Source: Tubulanus polymorphus (lineage: Eukaryota; Animalia; Nemertea). Taken from it: DNA of 64,000 nucleotides. Every line of letters starts with the position of its first letter. Position 1 is the first letter of the stretch. Shown here piece by piece: positions 28,741 to 42,341 of the stretch. Location of the stretch: the NCBI RefSeq assembly GCF_964204645.1, contig NC_134026.1:20432150-20496149 (forward strand). The letters run 5' to 3'. The translations under genes and the position numbers were made by a program. Below the pieces are notes generated by a model. It was given only the letters and a program-made list of their open reading frames with translations, ran no database searches and had not been told where the DNA came from.

Positions 28741-28749
28741 AGCAAAAAA

Positions 28750-29122
28750 TGTATTTCATAACTCATTTCTCCGTTCAATACCTAGTCTTTGGCAAAACCC
28801 CTCAACAGTTTACAAATTTCTAAATCTCTGCGTGAACTTAAATATAAATTCAAAAATACAACAATCTCTAACTATATGATTTAGCTAATTATTCGCCATT
28901 TATTACATTATTGATTTTTCTTTTGTATGAAAGTGAGTGTGTATGTGATTGTGTGATTGTAACAGTGTGTTGTGGTGACCCTTTTTACAAGCATTTCGCT
29001 TCTCGGGCACATCGATATTATAACTTTTATAACGTATTCATATATCTATCTAATTATGTATAAGACTGAATGTTATATTATGTTATAATTTCAATGTAAA
29101 TAAAGATTATTATTATTATTAT
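28750..29122 (+). mobile_element. LINE (CR1/L2-like) 3' relic
   Basis: FHNSFLRSIPSLWQ resembles the ORF2 end motif SF-x-R-x3-LWN; TACAAGCATTT.GCTTCT stem; AATAAAG(ATT)n tail; the 3' part is shared with 53288-53458. Confidence 0.55.
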
Positions 29123-32035
29123 AAAGTTTGCCGTGGCTGCCGTGCCGTGGCTTACACCGAAGAATTGAACGTGAATTTTGAGAAGCTTGATGGAAACTCA
29201 TTATCACGCTATAGACGCATCGCCATTGCGATTTTCGCTAGATAGAAAAGGCATTGTCTTTTTGTCGTATGAAAGATGTATTTTTTTTTCTATGCGACGT
29301 TTGTTCGTTTCATCAGGGTTTATCAGCAATTCGTGTTGTTTGTTTTCAATCAGTTCTTTTATTTCATTCGCGTATCGGTTTGCCAGAAGCGACGACGAAC
29401 TTGGCGTTTGCAATGACTGGCAGTCACGGCGCGCGATGGTAATACGAAAACCTTTTGCCGCGATCCATTTTCATTACTTAGCAATTCTTTTTGACCGGAC
29501 TACATCGGCTATTACGCCGTCAGATCGCCATGATTAATTCATTTCCACTCGGTCATTCTTGTGTACGACACAATTTCCCTCGTAAACCGCGGGACTTCGA
29601 CGGACGGAGTCAGGTAAACGAAGCTTAAAAATAAATGGTGTAATGATATTGTCATATCGTGTTTCTCGATGATTTCTTTTGTGTTAACTCTGATTTCCTA
29701 CCACTGGTATATCAACGTCGATCAAGCATAATCGATTTTGAACGCTTATCCGTGACACGACGGAAAGTAAGTGCAAATTGAATTATTCGATCATTGAAAC
29801 TTTGATTTTCTAACGACAGCCCACGGGCAATGAGGCAGAGCCATTAAAGCGTAGAGACGCCGGCTAGATTTTTCAACTTAAAGATATATATTGGATATAC
29901 CGATTTACCCTCGTACAGCCTAAGCTTAAAAGAATCCACTAGACAATCAATGTACGTAGATGTTACGTATCTATGCAGCTATTTATTTACCATAGATATA
30001 TTTGATTTAGATTTGGAGATATGGTGCACAGAATGATAAAAATACGGTGATGATAAGAATTGAGTAAACTCCAAATCAAAATTGCACAGTTAATGTGTAT
30101 ACTTACGTAGAACAAGCTGTCAATACAGCTGTTTGTTCCGTAAAGGGAACATAAGCCAATACAGTATCCATAATTGTGAGCCAATTTACCTGAATGGGTT
30201 TGAATTTTAAAACAAATTGTCAGTCGTGGAGGTTTTGAAATGCAGAGAGCAGCCTTATCGTATGGTCTTAAGGTTCGCGGAACCAGTCTTGACAGTTTAA
30301 CAACACAGACGATGACATTTTGGAGCATGGAAGTTACGGAACATATTTTACTATACTCTGGCGCCGCACGCCTACATAATACGTTTTAGTGAGAACTTGA
30401 AACTCCGCAGTGATACAAAAATGCTGACAGTTCGGCGTGGAGGAGGCGGCTGTAAAACGGGATAGAAAGTAGATTACCATTGAGATCAAGGCGCAGGTGT
30501 TGTCTTAAGCGATACGTTCAATAAATGAATGTGTAATTGACGAGAATGATGCAATAAGCGCCCGGTTCGCAGCGCATCTAAGTCGGCTACGACTTCTACA
30601 AATCACTGCGCCGAATGCATTGATTCCACCAAACTATCTACGACGCCAGATTTCCCAAGACAAGTTACCGTTCTTAAAGCGAATTTGGGCTCGATGAGAG
30701 GTTCGCTATTATCTCTTATTAGCTTTCTAAATCATTCTACCGTCCTCCAGAATACTCACCACTAAATCTCCATTTTACATTAGCTATTGCCGCACGTAAC
30801 AAAACAACAATCAACTTCACATTCAGATCATACGCCGAGAGATAAAAAAGCTTCATCAACCACTCGGCCTCGCTTCCTGGCTTTTCAGACGCCATTCCTT
30901 CGCGGAAATGACTAACGTCGTTGGTTAAACGGCGGTCGAGTATTCGATATGTTCAGTACCGAATAAGTCCGTTTTTATTTAAAAGATAGTGTCCTGTGTG
31001 ATCCCGCCGGCCTCGCGGATGCTTTGAGAGAGTAGATAAAAGAATATTTATGTTCTGCGACGCTTCTTTAGTTTTTGTTTGTGTATGAATGTCGAATCTA
31101 TCGTATAATGGAATCACGTCATTTTTGCTTCCCGTAAAACACTTTACAATGAGCTGTGTGTATGGTACACAAAAGGCTGGTACTGACATCGTGAAGGTGT
31201 TCGGCCAATATTTCATAACGCGATGACTCTTTCCGTTGCGTGTGCAAGTGCATCCAATAAAAAGGATGAACGGGATTAGTCACATAACCTCGACCAGCAT
31301 CCTAGCGGAATTTATGGCATATCATGGCTGGTCATTGGACTGTGGCAATGCGTGACGATAATTCGCACTTCGTCGTAAATTACCGGTGCAACTATCACAC
31401 ACGGCGTATCTTACGCAGACTCCGATTACAACGTAACGTCTTATTACGCGAATGGACCGACTTAGCATATTAAGACAAAATGCGATCCATTCCGATGTTC
31501 GTTTTATGTACACAAAATTGTCGTGTACGGCAGGGTAATTCGGCATTCTATACAGACGCTGCTACAGTGATGATGTATAGTAGTTTGAAGCGCTTTGTGT
31601 GTGACGCATCGAGACAAGCACTCTTCTCTCTCGCACACAACTGCCAGGAGACAAGGTCTTCTGATGAATTGTCGTCTGAATGCCCTCAGTGAATGATTAT
31701 CAACCATTTACTGGCAGTTATACGAATTTGTACATATATAATTCGAATGCACATTCGTTCACGGGTAGGTAGCCGTGTCATTAAGATCCTGTTAAACCCC
31801 CAAGTATGTCTTAAGGCACTGGTCAAACATCTATTTGCTAATGATTAATGCGCATTGCGTTTGGATGATGGGTTGATACATTTAACCCTTTACAGGCTGA
31901 GTCCGTTATCACATCGCAATTCAATCAGAAGAAAACCATTTTTTTGATGGAGTTTAATGAGTTAAATCTGAACTCGGAACTGTTGAACTGGACCCTGAAT
32001 TCTGTCTTGTTGAGCCACTATATTTACCAAAGTTC

Positions 32036-32140
32036 TTTGGTTCACGATCTTTTCCGTCCCCACACCTCGTTTGTGGAATAACTTGCCAATGCACATCCAG
32101 TACCAACCATCTGTGGAGACTTTTAATGCAAGCACTTTTA
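32036..32140 (+). mobile_element. L2-like LINE ORF2 C-terminal relic
   Basis: FGSRSF, frameshift, PRLWNNLPMHIQYQPSVETF. Confidence 0.6.
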
Positions 32141-33677
32141 GATACTAAATCATCTTTATCATTGTTATGGTAGCCTTGCAAAGTCCAATGAAATTCAATC
32201 GTACTTGTATTCGGATTTTCTTATCTAGATTCGAACAGGAACAGTCCGTTTTAAAGGCTTCTTTTGTTTTCATCTACATACTGGTCAGGTAACGAAACGG
32301 ATTTTCGACTAGATAAGAAAGTCATTACACTCGATTGTCACCCACATCATGCTCTGATTACTGGATGGTAAGGCAATTTCGAAAACGAATCGCAAGGTGG
32401 AACGCGCGACGAATCAGCTCATTTATTAAAGCAAAATAACTTACGGGGATAACATCTCGCAAACCTCCTAAGACGCGTGGTCAGCATGACCCCGAGACAC
32501 TTTGTTATTTGCGTATCGATTGCCAGAGGAAATGAGGACGTTTGAGAAATGCGCTTTTCAAAGCCGATAGTCTGCCAAGGGAATAACAAAGTAATACGGT
32601 AAAGATCATAAAGCGCAGCCGACCACAAGCAAATAATTTAATCTTGTTGATATAACGGCGAGGCACATGTGTGGAGTCGGTTGAAATGGCGCGAGTGATG
32701 GCACCGTAGTCAAAAAGGCAATATATTAAGATCTTCGTTCGGCGTGCACATTTTATTGCAGTTAATAAAACGCAGTTGACCATTTTATGACTTTTATTAA
32801 TATTGGAAATTCAAAAGGTGTTTACACTGTGGTTATATCAAAATTCAAACCAGAACTATGAATGAACTCAAAAGCAATTTCAATTTCTTCCGCCAATCAT
32901 AGAAAAACGGCAATGGGGATCAATGTTATTGTGGCAAATGATGATCCGACAGTAATACCGAGTGCTCGCCGCGCCATCTAGTAGGTTAGTTCGTGTTTTC
33001 GTTGCGAATTGTCGGCCGCACCGAAAAACTTCCAGGACGATATTACGAACGACCTTTCGTGGCCACCATCATATGAAATGGATATCGCGCCAAAGCATTT
33101 TAGTCTCATCTATTTTGCCTCGAATATTTTCGGTTTCTTATTTATCGGCATTTGGTATCGTTTAGAATCTGATAAGCTGTTTTTAGACACTACATCGCAT
33201 ATAAAAACCTTTTGTCGGGAGAGGAACAACAACAATTTAAAGTAAACTAATCCATCACAAACCTCGTCTGATGAAACACACCTGCTGTCTGCACAAGTTT
33301 AACGAAAATTTGATTTACAAGATGACGCGTGAAAAAAAACTGAACAAAATATCTCGATAAATCACGAGGTATACTGTAATTACCGAGATTGATTAACGAC
33401 CGGCATTTACATCGAAAAATCGAATTGATTAGAATTTGTCACGTTCCTAAATCTAAAGGTAGTACCAACATATATACGTACGTAGTTGTATGAAATTGAA
33501 TAACACGTCAAACACGACTTCTCGAAGTAAGGTCATATCATTCCATACAATAAGTTATCAGTAAAGAGTTACAGATCTATGAATTGTGCTGAGTTTCACT
33601 GAACTCCGTTGACATGCCGATTCGCTTTTTTGCTGATCAGTATGACGGGCGATAACCACCAAAATATAGCATTACTT

Positions 33678-33830
33678 TGAAAGATAACAAAAAGATGATG
33701 AAAAGATAGTGAAAAGATGATGAAAAGATAGTAAAATGATGATAAAAGATAGTGAAATAATGAAAAGATAGTGAAATGATGATAAAAAGACTACAGACAC
33801 GGTGATAAAAGATGAAATGATGGAAAGGTG
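33678..33830 (+). repeat. Degenerate AAAGATRRTG minisatellite
   Basis: Direct reading of repeated AAAAGATAGTG/AAAGATGATG units. Confidence 0.7.
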
Positions 33831-35130
33831 AAACAATGCAGCACTACATATGAACTGCATGTGAACTTTGATGACTACAAGTCACTGTAGTTGATTAATT
33901 ACTGAATGTATTTCAAGCGTTACGAGTCATTTGAAGGATTAGAATATTTGAGAGAAAATAACTCACCGAAAATTAAGAAACGCAGGTATACATGGCGGGA
34001 AACATTGAATTAAAAGTCATATCCTTTCTACGACAATCTTTGTCACAAAATGAGGAAAGCGTATTGAGAAAAAACAAAAAAGATTATAAATGTAAAATCC
34101 GTTTTAATGAGGAACATTCGAAGTCAAACAGTTTGAAATACGTCTAGATATTACCAATTTCCGTTAATGTCACTATTTCAGACAGCTTTGTCATTAACAT
34201 GCCATTATAAGACTATGCATTAAAATGAACTTATCATTTCGACATCTTTTCATCATCATTTCATGCATAGATTATAACACGTTCTTTCCATTTGTATAAC
34301 TTATTTTCTACCAATTGAAAATTGGCAGGTGATACAGACTATGATACCACGCTCTTTGATACACAGAGAAGTCTAGCTTCAGTTTCCACACAACCTCTCA
34401 CAATTTCTGTCAACATTATGGTACAGATTGCACAGAGCTCCAGTTTCACGAATGCGTATATTTCATTTCAATGTCGCATTCAACAAAGCGAACGAGAAAA
34501 CTCGATTTTCGACACTCGAGATATTCTACAACTGATAAAGTCGTTGCTCGCATTCTTGCGTATCGTCAAACCTATACGCAGTAATTAGGGAGGCGAATGA
34601 TTACAGGTAAGTATAGAAAAAGTATTCAATCATTCTCGCTTCTTTTAAACAGTGATAGATGAATCACACGCTCTACCCAAAAATAAACGACCCGCTAAAT
34701 ATACGCTGTTCATCCGACGTGAATCTTGTGAACGATATTCGCGTTTAGTGTCGAAAATGATGGCGAATAAAGGAGAATGAGTCACTTGAGGTGGAATGCG
34801 TTACAAAACGGTCAGGTCGTTTTTCACCACTTTCAACGCCGCGTTCAACTCTGAGACTAAGAATTTAACAAAAAACCATACCCAAAGTTTGTTTTGATGA
34901 AAGGACATGATATGGAACAGAATGATTTTCAATGTGCCTCTCATATATATCACATAGCCCGAATGGCCAACGTGTCATTCGCAATAGGTTACATGTACAC
35001 ACACAGCCATATTTCAAGTCTATCCTTGATAAATCATGTTTTTTTCACTTCGTGTACATCGATATATAAATAAGTTGATTTCATTTTACTTGATGATTAT
35101 CAGAAAGTACATAAGTGTTTTATAAAGGCA

Positions 35131-35212
35131 TCATCCCCCCGGCAGGGATTCGAACCTGATGGCATCGAGACTCGCCACAGTACGAAACCCTGCCACACTA
35201 GACCGAGTGCCC
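35131..35212 (-). mobile_element. Solo arm of family C (tRNA/SINE-head-like, intact B box)
   Basis: Minus strand reads GCACTCGGTCTAGTGTGG...GGTTCGAATCCCTGCCGG. Confidence 0.65.
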
Positions 35213-35513
35213 TTCAGGTCCGAATACCTGCCGGGAAGGATGAATGAAAGATTATTCATGACAATCACCAGGACCTCAGAAATCATAAAATGATTGCCGA
35301 CTCTGGTAAATCTCAAGCATAGATAAACATGAACAATTTTAGAATATCCAGTTTGGATAAGTTCATAACCGATAGGAGAGCGGGTACAAGTTCGACTGGA
35401 GTGGAGTCGAGACTGAAGTCTCACTCACTGGAGTCTTGCTGGAGTTGCACTCCAAACTGGAATGTAGATTCGTAGAGTTGCTGTGTTAACCAGGTTTAGA
35501 ATAGATAACGAAA

Positions 35514-35649
35514 CGAGTAGTACTATATGTTAACTATTTATTTGACGCACGGGCTTCAGCTACTTAATGTAGAGTAGCTTCATTCACCTGATGAACCTTC
35601 TATAGCGAAAGCTCGTGCGTCAAATAAATAGTTAACATAGTACTACTCG
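35514..35649. mobile_element. Palindromic element with two divergent minimal hammerhead motifs
   Basis: Arms CGAGTAGTACTAT..TTGACGCACG / CGTGCGTCAA..ATAGTACTACTCG; the plus strand has CAC-CTGATGA-N12-GAAA-GCTC-GTG at 35585-35617. Confidence 0.65.
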
Positions 35650-37787
35650 CTACAAACCTATGTAGTACTACTTGTCTCGTTACTCAGACTTCGGGGTGAT
35701 TTCGAACCTTCTGCCATTACGATCATTGTACCGACGTTGGTCCGATGTTACCGATGTTGCTTATAGTCATATCGTTTAAGGTGTATCGGGCGAATTACGG
35801 AAAATATTGTTGTCGTATCAATCGCGTGCTGTTTTGAAAAAGTAATTTCTCAACGCAGTCATGATAATAACATGAAATTGGTGGCGTTCGGTGCGTAGGG
35901 GTTTCCTCGGGGTATTATTCAAATTCCGCTCGGTCGTTCGGAATTCATACATCCGAACTCACGCTGATCTTCCCAGTCACCTTCCTTGTATATGTTGCTT
36001 CTTATCGGGATCGGTTGTAGCGATAATTATGCCGACTTGAAATATAAATTGAAATAATTATTCCGCGCATTTCCATATTGCGTCGACTCGAACGTGGTTC
36101 GACTTTAGAAAATTGAATCATGAATCTGATTAACGCTTTGGATGAATAACGGGTATTTTCGTGTCTATAATGCGTAGTTTATTTGAAAATCTGAATACGC
36201 GCACAACGGTTTCTCATGAATGTTGATATACATGAACTTCGCCGTGTTATCGCACTCGTGCTAAAAAGAAAACGAAACGATCTCTTAACTCAGTAGCGAC
36301 GAAACCATTTTCTCTTAGTAGTTACTTCTGACGTTTTCGTTCACACGTCTTGGCGACAAAAGTAAATCTTATAAATAAATAATTCTTTAATGGAATTCAT
36401 TCTTTTTCTTGCTTCTTCCACTTCAGCGGATTCGCTGTATACTGAGCCATCCGCCGCACATCGACGTGTATATGAAACAACTCGTCGTGTGAACTAACTA
36501 AGTGAATCTATTGTCAAAGCATTCACGTATCGGAAAACAACTTGCGCGCGAAGCAGTACGATTCTCTCTCCCGGGTACTCGCGATTCCGCCGAGTGGTAA
36601 CTGTCACCGAATGACGGATTCCGACCAGATTTCGCATGTCTTCTGTCAACAACCGAGGCCGATAAATATTGTGTCGCACGCCATGGCGCCGGGGTAATAT
36701 AATAACGAAATCGCGACCACGCGCGGAGAAAAAAGCAAAAAACGCCGAGCTGTTTACATTACACAAACTCTATTTTCCTTTCAAATATCATTACCGAGAT
36801 AGCCTTCGACGTCGATGATTTATCGCGATCTGTATTCCAGAAGAAGCAATACACAAAAGTTCAACGTATTTATACGTACACTGTTGCCATGAGGACACGC
36901 AGTGATTTTTGATCGGTGTAATAGATAATACGCGCGGAAAACTTTCTCAAAGACGAAGATGACACGCTCAACGATGCTCGGGCTTATTTTGCACGCGGAG
37001 ATTACAAAGTGCCGCGCATGAAACAACAGGAGATTAATGAAATTAAGTAGAAGATCGGTATTACGACATGTCACGAACGAATCAAAAGCAATTTTACGCA
37101 TAGTATCTCTCGTCGAAAACACAGCGCTTCACGACTACTCGTCGCAGGAGCGTCGAAAATCCTTTTAAACATCTTCAAGCTGGTGTGAAGTAAGCGAGCT
37201 AATTATTCGCCTTTTTTCAACTCAATTCAAGGCACACCTTTCGTTAAGTAAAATGTCTTGATTTATCCCTTCGTTTCTACGTACATTGAAGAGAAATTTC
37301 ATTTTTGCATCGTTTATTGTTGCGTACGTATGTCCACTTTTCGTATATATCTTTTATGACGGTTACGTCCATCAAATTGTGAAATGAAGCGTTCATAACA
37401 TTTTATACCCCCCAAGGTGCGTAAGGAGAGAAATGGCATAATTCTAAGGGACTATTTAAGTTTTTTTTGAACAGGTCGTAGAGTGCAGTTTTGCAGTTCG
37501 CGTAGATACGTCGACCAATGCTGGCTTAATAACAACTTGGTTATTATAGCAATGCCGTCGGTAACACGAAGATTATCTATCTAAAAATCCGGGTAATAAT
37601 TAAGCCGGTGTAAAACGGTGTATGTGCTGCGGGATAAATTGCCAGGAAATCGGTTCCCTTTTCGAAAATGGAAGAAGACCGATGGTGCGTGGATACACGC
37701 TATGCGACAAATGGTTTTAACGGTAGATGAATTGAAAGAACTTTGAAATAAGAATATTCGACCCGGTAGTGTTGTAAACAATGAAAC

Positions 37788-38144
37788 CAGACCCGTGCCG
37801 AGCTTTTTTGAGGGGCAGTTCTATTTCAGTTCTTTTTACCGTGAAAAGGGATACCTTCCCGAAAAGGACAGATCTTGAATATGATTTTTTTTTAAACAAA
37901 AAACCTGAGTACCTGAATAAATCATTTGACGGTTGATTCCTTTTCATTCAGATTATTCTTAAATACAATTTTTCTATAATCTAAAATAATAAAAAACAAA
38001 ACCTGAGTACCCGAAAAAAATCATTTGAGGATTGGTTACTTTTCATTTTCCAAAAAACTTTTCTTTACGCTGACCTTTTTAATTGCACTTTGCTCATTTG
38101 AAAGGGTTCGCTCATTACCACGGAACCCTCTCGGCACGGGCCTG
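37788..38144. mobile_element. MITE with CAGRCCCGTGCCGAG termini
   Basis: 15-bp TIR CAGACCCGTGCCGAG...CTCGGCACGGGCCTG; internal ~55-bp direct repeat (AAAACCTGAGTACC..ATCATTTGA). Confidence 0.7.
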
Positions 38145-38849
38145 GAAAACAATACTTATTTCAAAATTAGCGCATGCCTTCCCCAGAAATCGAAAGTCCT
38201 TAAACGTTCCTCTATGAAACAAGCTTATTGTCGGTAAAATTTGATTATTCCATTTTTCACGAATTCAGTTTATTTACACTATGCCAACTACAACAACAAA
38301 CGACGCATGATTTACAGTCAAATTATCAAATTACGTACGGAATTCATTTGTTCCACTAATACATCGATCAATTCCCTCTAACTTATGACGAATAAACAGA
38401 GAGAAAAGCCGTAGTAATAGGGAATTGCTACTTATTCGAAAACTAAGAAACAAAATCGTATTTCACCTCAATCGAGCGCCTGAGCAAAATTGAAATTAAA
38501 ATGCATCGCCACGACTCGGGAGCACGCACAAGCACCGAGATTGAAGTCTCTGCCATCGGCGGCGTCTTATTCAAAAACATATGGAGATTTCTCTGGGTTT
38601 TGTTTACACGAAATCAAACTAAGCTCAACACCGGATTTCGTTCGGTGTAATTCAAAAAGATCGAAATATCAGCGCCATTGCCAATACAGTGAAAAAAGAA
38701 TTCAGGATTTAGTAGTAGAATAGATAAATCAATCGCATAACGAAGAGTAAAGGGCACTGAACTTTGGAATCAAGCAAGTCGGACAATAAACCAGAAAAAT
38801 AATTTGAAAGGGAGAGATGACTGATACATGAATAGAGGTATAGGCTGGG

Positions 38850-38935
38850 GTAATACACAATTTGGAGCGCATTTGAACAGACTCTAGTTTAGATACCCGC
38901 GCTATATAAATTACAATAATAATAATAATCATTAT
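38850..38935 (+). mobile_element. L2-type LINE/SINE 3' tail
   Basis: AGCGCATTTGA...GCGCTATATAAAT followed by an (AAT)n tail. Confidence 0.5.
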
Positions 38936-38964
38936 CAATACAGTTTATGGCCACCTTGAAACAG

Positions 38965-39205
38965 AAATTAATTGAAGTCATTTTGATTTGAATATTGAAT
39001 TGAATTGACCGTCAACCAGTCCAGCGCCGATATTTCGATTACGTGGTGCATGCACATCCTTGCAAAAACAATTTATGCAAAAATACAATTAGAGCTATGA
39101 AATGTGTTATTTTGAAACGCCAATAATGATGACGTTCGTAGTGCACATCGACTCATACCGAAACCCTTAAAACGCATTCTAGGTATCAGTATAAACAAAC
39201 ATTAT
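38965..39205 (+). repeat. Dispersed repeat family B, copy 4 (partial)
   Basis: GATTTGAATAT...AATTGACCG...GTAGTGCACATCGACT...CTAGGTATCAGTATAAACAAACATTATT. Confidence 0.75.
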
Positions 39206-39688
39206 TATAGTATTTATTACAGTATTTATTCGATCAATGTGTTGCCTCCACGTGACCTTCATCAAAGGTATGTGAGACTAAATTGAATTTTGGTGTTGTG
39301 TCTCGCTTAGTGCCCTCACCGTTAGCGATAAACAATACCGGTGATATTTTTTTTCTCTGTGGGCGTTGACGATTTTTTCATGATTTGGTTAATTTCTAAA
39401 ACTCTTAACCAAATCGAGTAAAATATACTATTTCTCAATGTCTGGTTAACTGGTATCAATCTCCGTAGAGTTAATGTGTTCCTCGGGTGATGGAGATTAG
39501 AAAAACAACGAAACTGTCATGCAATGCATGTTTTAATCGTCAACTGTGGGATTTTACTTTTATCAACTATCCTCATTGCTCACGGATATGATATATATTT
39601 CTAAAACATATTACAGAAAATGACTTTCCGTTAGGGCGCTGTGATTAACACACGATTATAGCAAAAATACACAATAGATGTGAGGAAA

Positions 39689-39895
39689 TGTCTAAAAAGT
39701 TGATTAAGATAATATCAGAAATATTTCGGGTGGTTTCTACCACCCTTCTCCAGTCTAACATGACTCACAAAATAAATACACAGTATATGTATATCAATAT
39801 ATAAGTAGGAAAGATATACGAGTCATTTTAGACCGAAGATGGATGGCAGTGACCACCCGCAATATTTCAAATATTTCGATAAACTTTTTAGACAC
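39689..39895. mobile_element. Palindromic element with two divergent degenerate hammerhead motifs
   Basis: Minus strand AGA-CTGGAGA-A-GGGTGG-TAGAAA-CCACCC-GAAATATT-TCT (39716-39756); a more degenerate plus-strand copy at 39830-39868. Confidence 0.6.
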
Positions 39896-40536
39896 TTATC
39901 CATTTATTATGGGATTTAAACTATCATCGTTTTATTACGGATGTTGTGTGCTACAACCGATTTAACACACGATTACTAGCGTTTGCTTCTAATGCAGTTC
40001 TATAGTTTTAGGAATGTTCATTTCTCTACTCGTCGTATTCACGAATTTCGCCATAATTCATTTTAAGAACCCGGACACGCGTATGATATGTCGGCGTTAA
40101 AACCTAATACAAATCCTGAACGGTTTTCGTTAAATATTGATGAAAAATCTCCCTTTTCGCGGTGGATATTCAAATCATGATTCCACTTCGTAAAAGCTAT
40201 TTTCGAGAAAAAAATTCAATTTTCCGTAAGCCATAATCCTGACTCTCCTGCACTGATATTCGCGATTTTCCATCGCGCGTGCTTTAATATATATACGACA
40301 GCAAAACAGCAAGGGTTTACATGCATATTGAAACAAATATGTATTAATGAGGAGGCAGAACCTCTAGCATGGAAAGTAATTCGCACGGCTTAATCCGATC
40401 TCGTTTTGATTCATTCAGTTACGTAAGTTAAAATGTCTTAAATTTCATCTTGAATAACGAACTGTACGTTCACTCGTTGGTCACTTAGTCGTAATGCAAG
40501 CTCCAAAGAACACCAGTCATTGAGATATTTCGTTTT

Positions 40537-40723
40537 ATATGATATGGTATAGTATGGTATGGTGGGGTATGTTATGGTACGATATAGTATGGTACGGTAT
40601 GGTGTGGTGTGGTATGGTATGGTATGGTATGATATGGTATGGTATGGTATGGTATGGTATGGTATGGTATGGTATGGTATGGTATGGTATGGTATGGTAT
40701 GGTATGGTACGGTACGGTATGGT
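40537..40723. repeat. (GGTAT)n microsatellite
   Basis: Direct reading. Confidence 0.97.
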
Positions 40724-42004
40724 TAATTTTCGTATTAGATTTTTACCGAATTATTGAATAAACAAATGCATTAAAATGAAATAGAATTAGATGAACGACT
40801 GCTTCGAGGCAACAGTTAGCTTGTACAAGAAAGCAGCCATAGAAAAGTGAAAAAATGAAATAAAGAGAAGAGAAAATGAAATAATACGGATCATGATACA
40901 ACATAACCTTGTACTGAGATACATATATATTAGAAAACTAACACTTACTTACAGTCCTGAGAATACATTCAATATAGCAACCTAGCAACCATTTTTTGAT
41001 GTTGAGTGTAAACGTATATTCTTAAAATGGATTTACAATCAAAACATTGCATTTATGACAACTGAGCGTTGATATTCAGATCGTCTTGAAATTTTCACTC
41101 CAATCGTTAGGACATAAGATGCGTTTACGTTAGTTTTAGTGAAATGTAGAAATGTCGAGTGCACGTTCTACGGCGGACATAAAACGACCGGGGGAGGGCG
41201 CGAAAGTCAATAGGTGAAGTCCTAACCGGGCGGTTCTGGCTGTTGTAAGCTGGAAAATATAATATTCTATCGCACAATCTGGCTCTGAATAAAACACGGG
41301 ACGTGTCTCGAATTACTCGAGACGTTTGAGTCGCGCTCGTCAGTTGGCAGCTAATGGTAGCAACAATCTCAACAGCAAGTTACGATCCGCAGTCAATCGA
41401 CCTACGGCGTTAGCTCGATATTCTTATTGCTTTGTCAGATTTGACGCGGCTAACGTCGAAAAACAACCCGGCTTGCAATTCAATATTTACACAAGTTACC
41501 GCGTAACTGAAAATACGAAAATCCGATTTCATTCCGACTTGATGATACACGTGATTTAATTCTATCCCCACAGCGGCGAAACAGCAACTGGAACTCGTCT
41601 GCCGGGCGGAGAAAGCGAGACTCGATAGCGGCACACGAGTTCGCTTTTGCCCGCGAGATATCCGCTCTTTAGACGCTGTATTGGACGGATTATTACGAGG
41701 AAAATCGAAATATTTTCGATATCAAATTAAATTTTTCTGCCACAAGAAACGTCGAATGACTTTTGCGGGAGGGTGTCGTTTGACAGCCAAGCATCACCGA
41801 TCCAGTACATCTAGAACACCATTTACATATCGTATATTAAAAGCCTGGAATTCAATAAACGCCCGCGATTGGGAAGCTTTTACTTGTATTTCAAGCTGTT
41901 GGACATCACCGACGTCTTCATTGCGCTTTCGCAGTCAAAGCCTCAGTGCATTAGAAATTAAGTCTGGCAAGATCGTAACATCATCCTTCTGCTGTTATGA
42001 TATC

Positions 42005-42341
42005 ATCATCTCCAGCAGGGATTCGAAACTGATGGCGCAAAGCTATACTTAGTCATGGTACGAAACCCTGCCACACAAGCCCGAGTGCGCACCTCAGATG
42101 ATCCATGCCACACTGGATCGAGTGCGCAGCTAAGATGATATTATTGTAAGCCAATCAGAAAAACTGTTTTAACATTTAAGCCAGTTTTCCATTTATAGTA
42201 CTTCAGTGAAATTTTGCCTCAGCGATTATACAACGAGCAATCTGATTGGTGCCGCAAGTTTTCGCGCGGCAAACCTGCGCATGCAACTGCGCACCCGGTC
42301 TAGTGTGGCCACCAGGCTAGAATCCCTGCCGCAGGAGGATG
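42005..42341. mobile_element. MITE-like family C, copy 2
   Basis: CATCTCCAGCAGGGATTCGAA...GCCACAC / GTGTGGC...GAATCCCTGCCGCAGGAGGATG; same interior (TTGCCTCAGCGATTATACAACGAGCA). Confidence 0.75.

Noticed and set aside
35131-35212. Functional tRNA gene
   Set aside because: A/B boxes are present, but I cannot fold a convincing acceptor or anticodon stem, and the sequence is the arm of a dispersed repeat.
40539-40757. MVWYG-repeat ORF
   Set aside because: Translation of the (GGTAT)n microsatellite.
41815-41860. PFTYRILKAWNSI as a LINE ORF2 end
   Set aside because: Too short to distinguish from chance, and no adjoining LINE tail.
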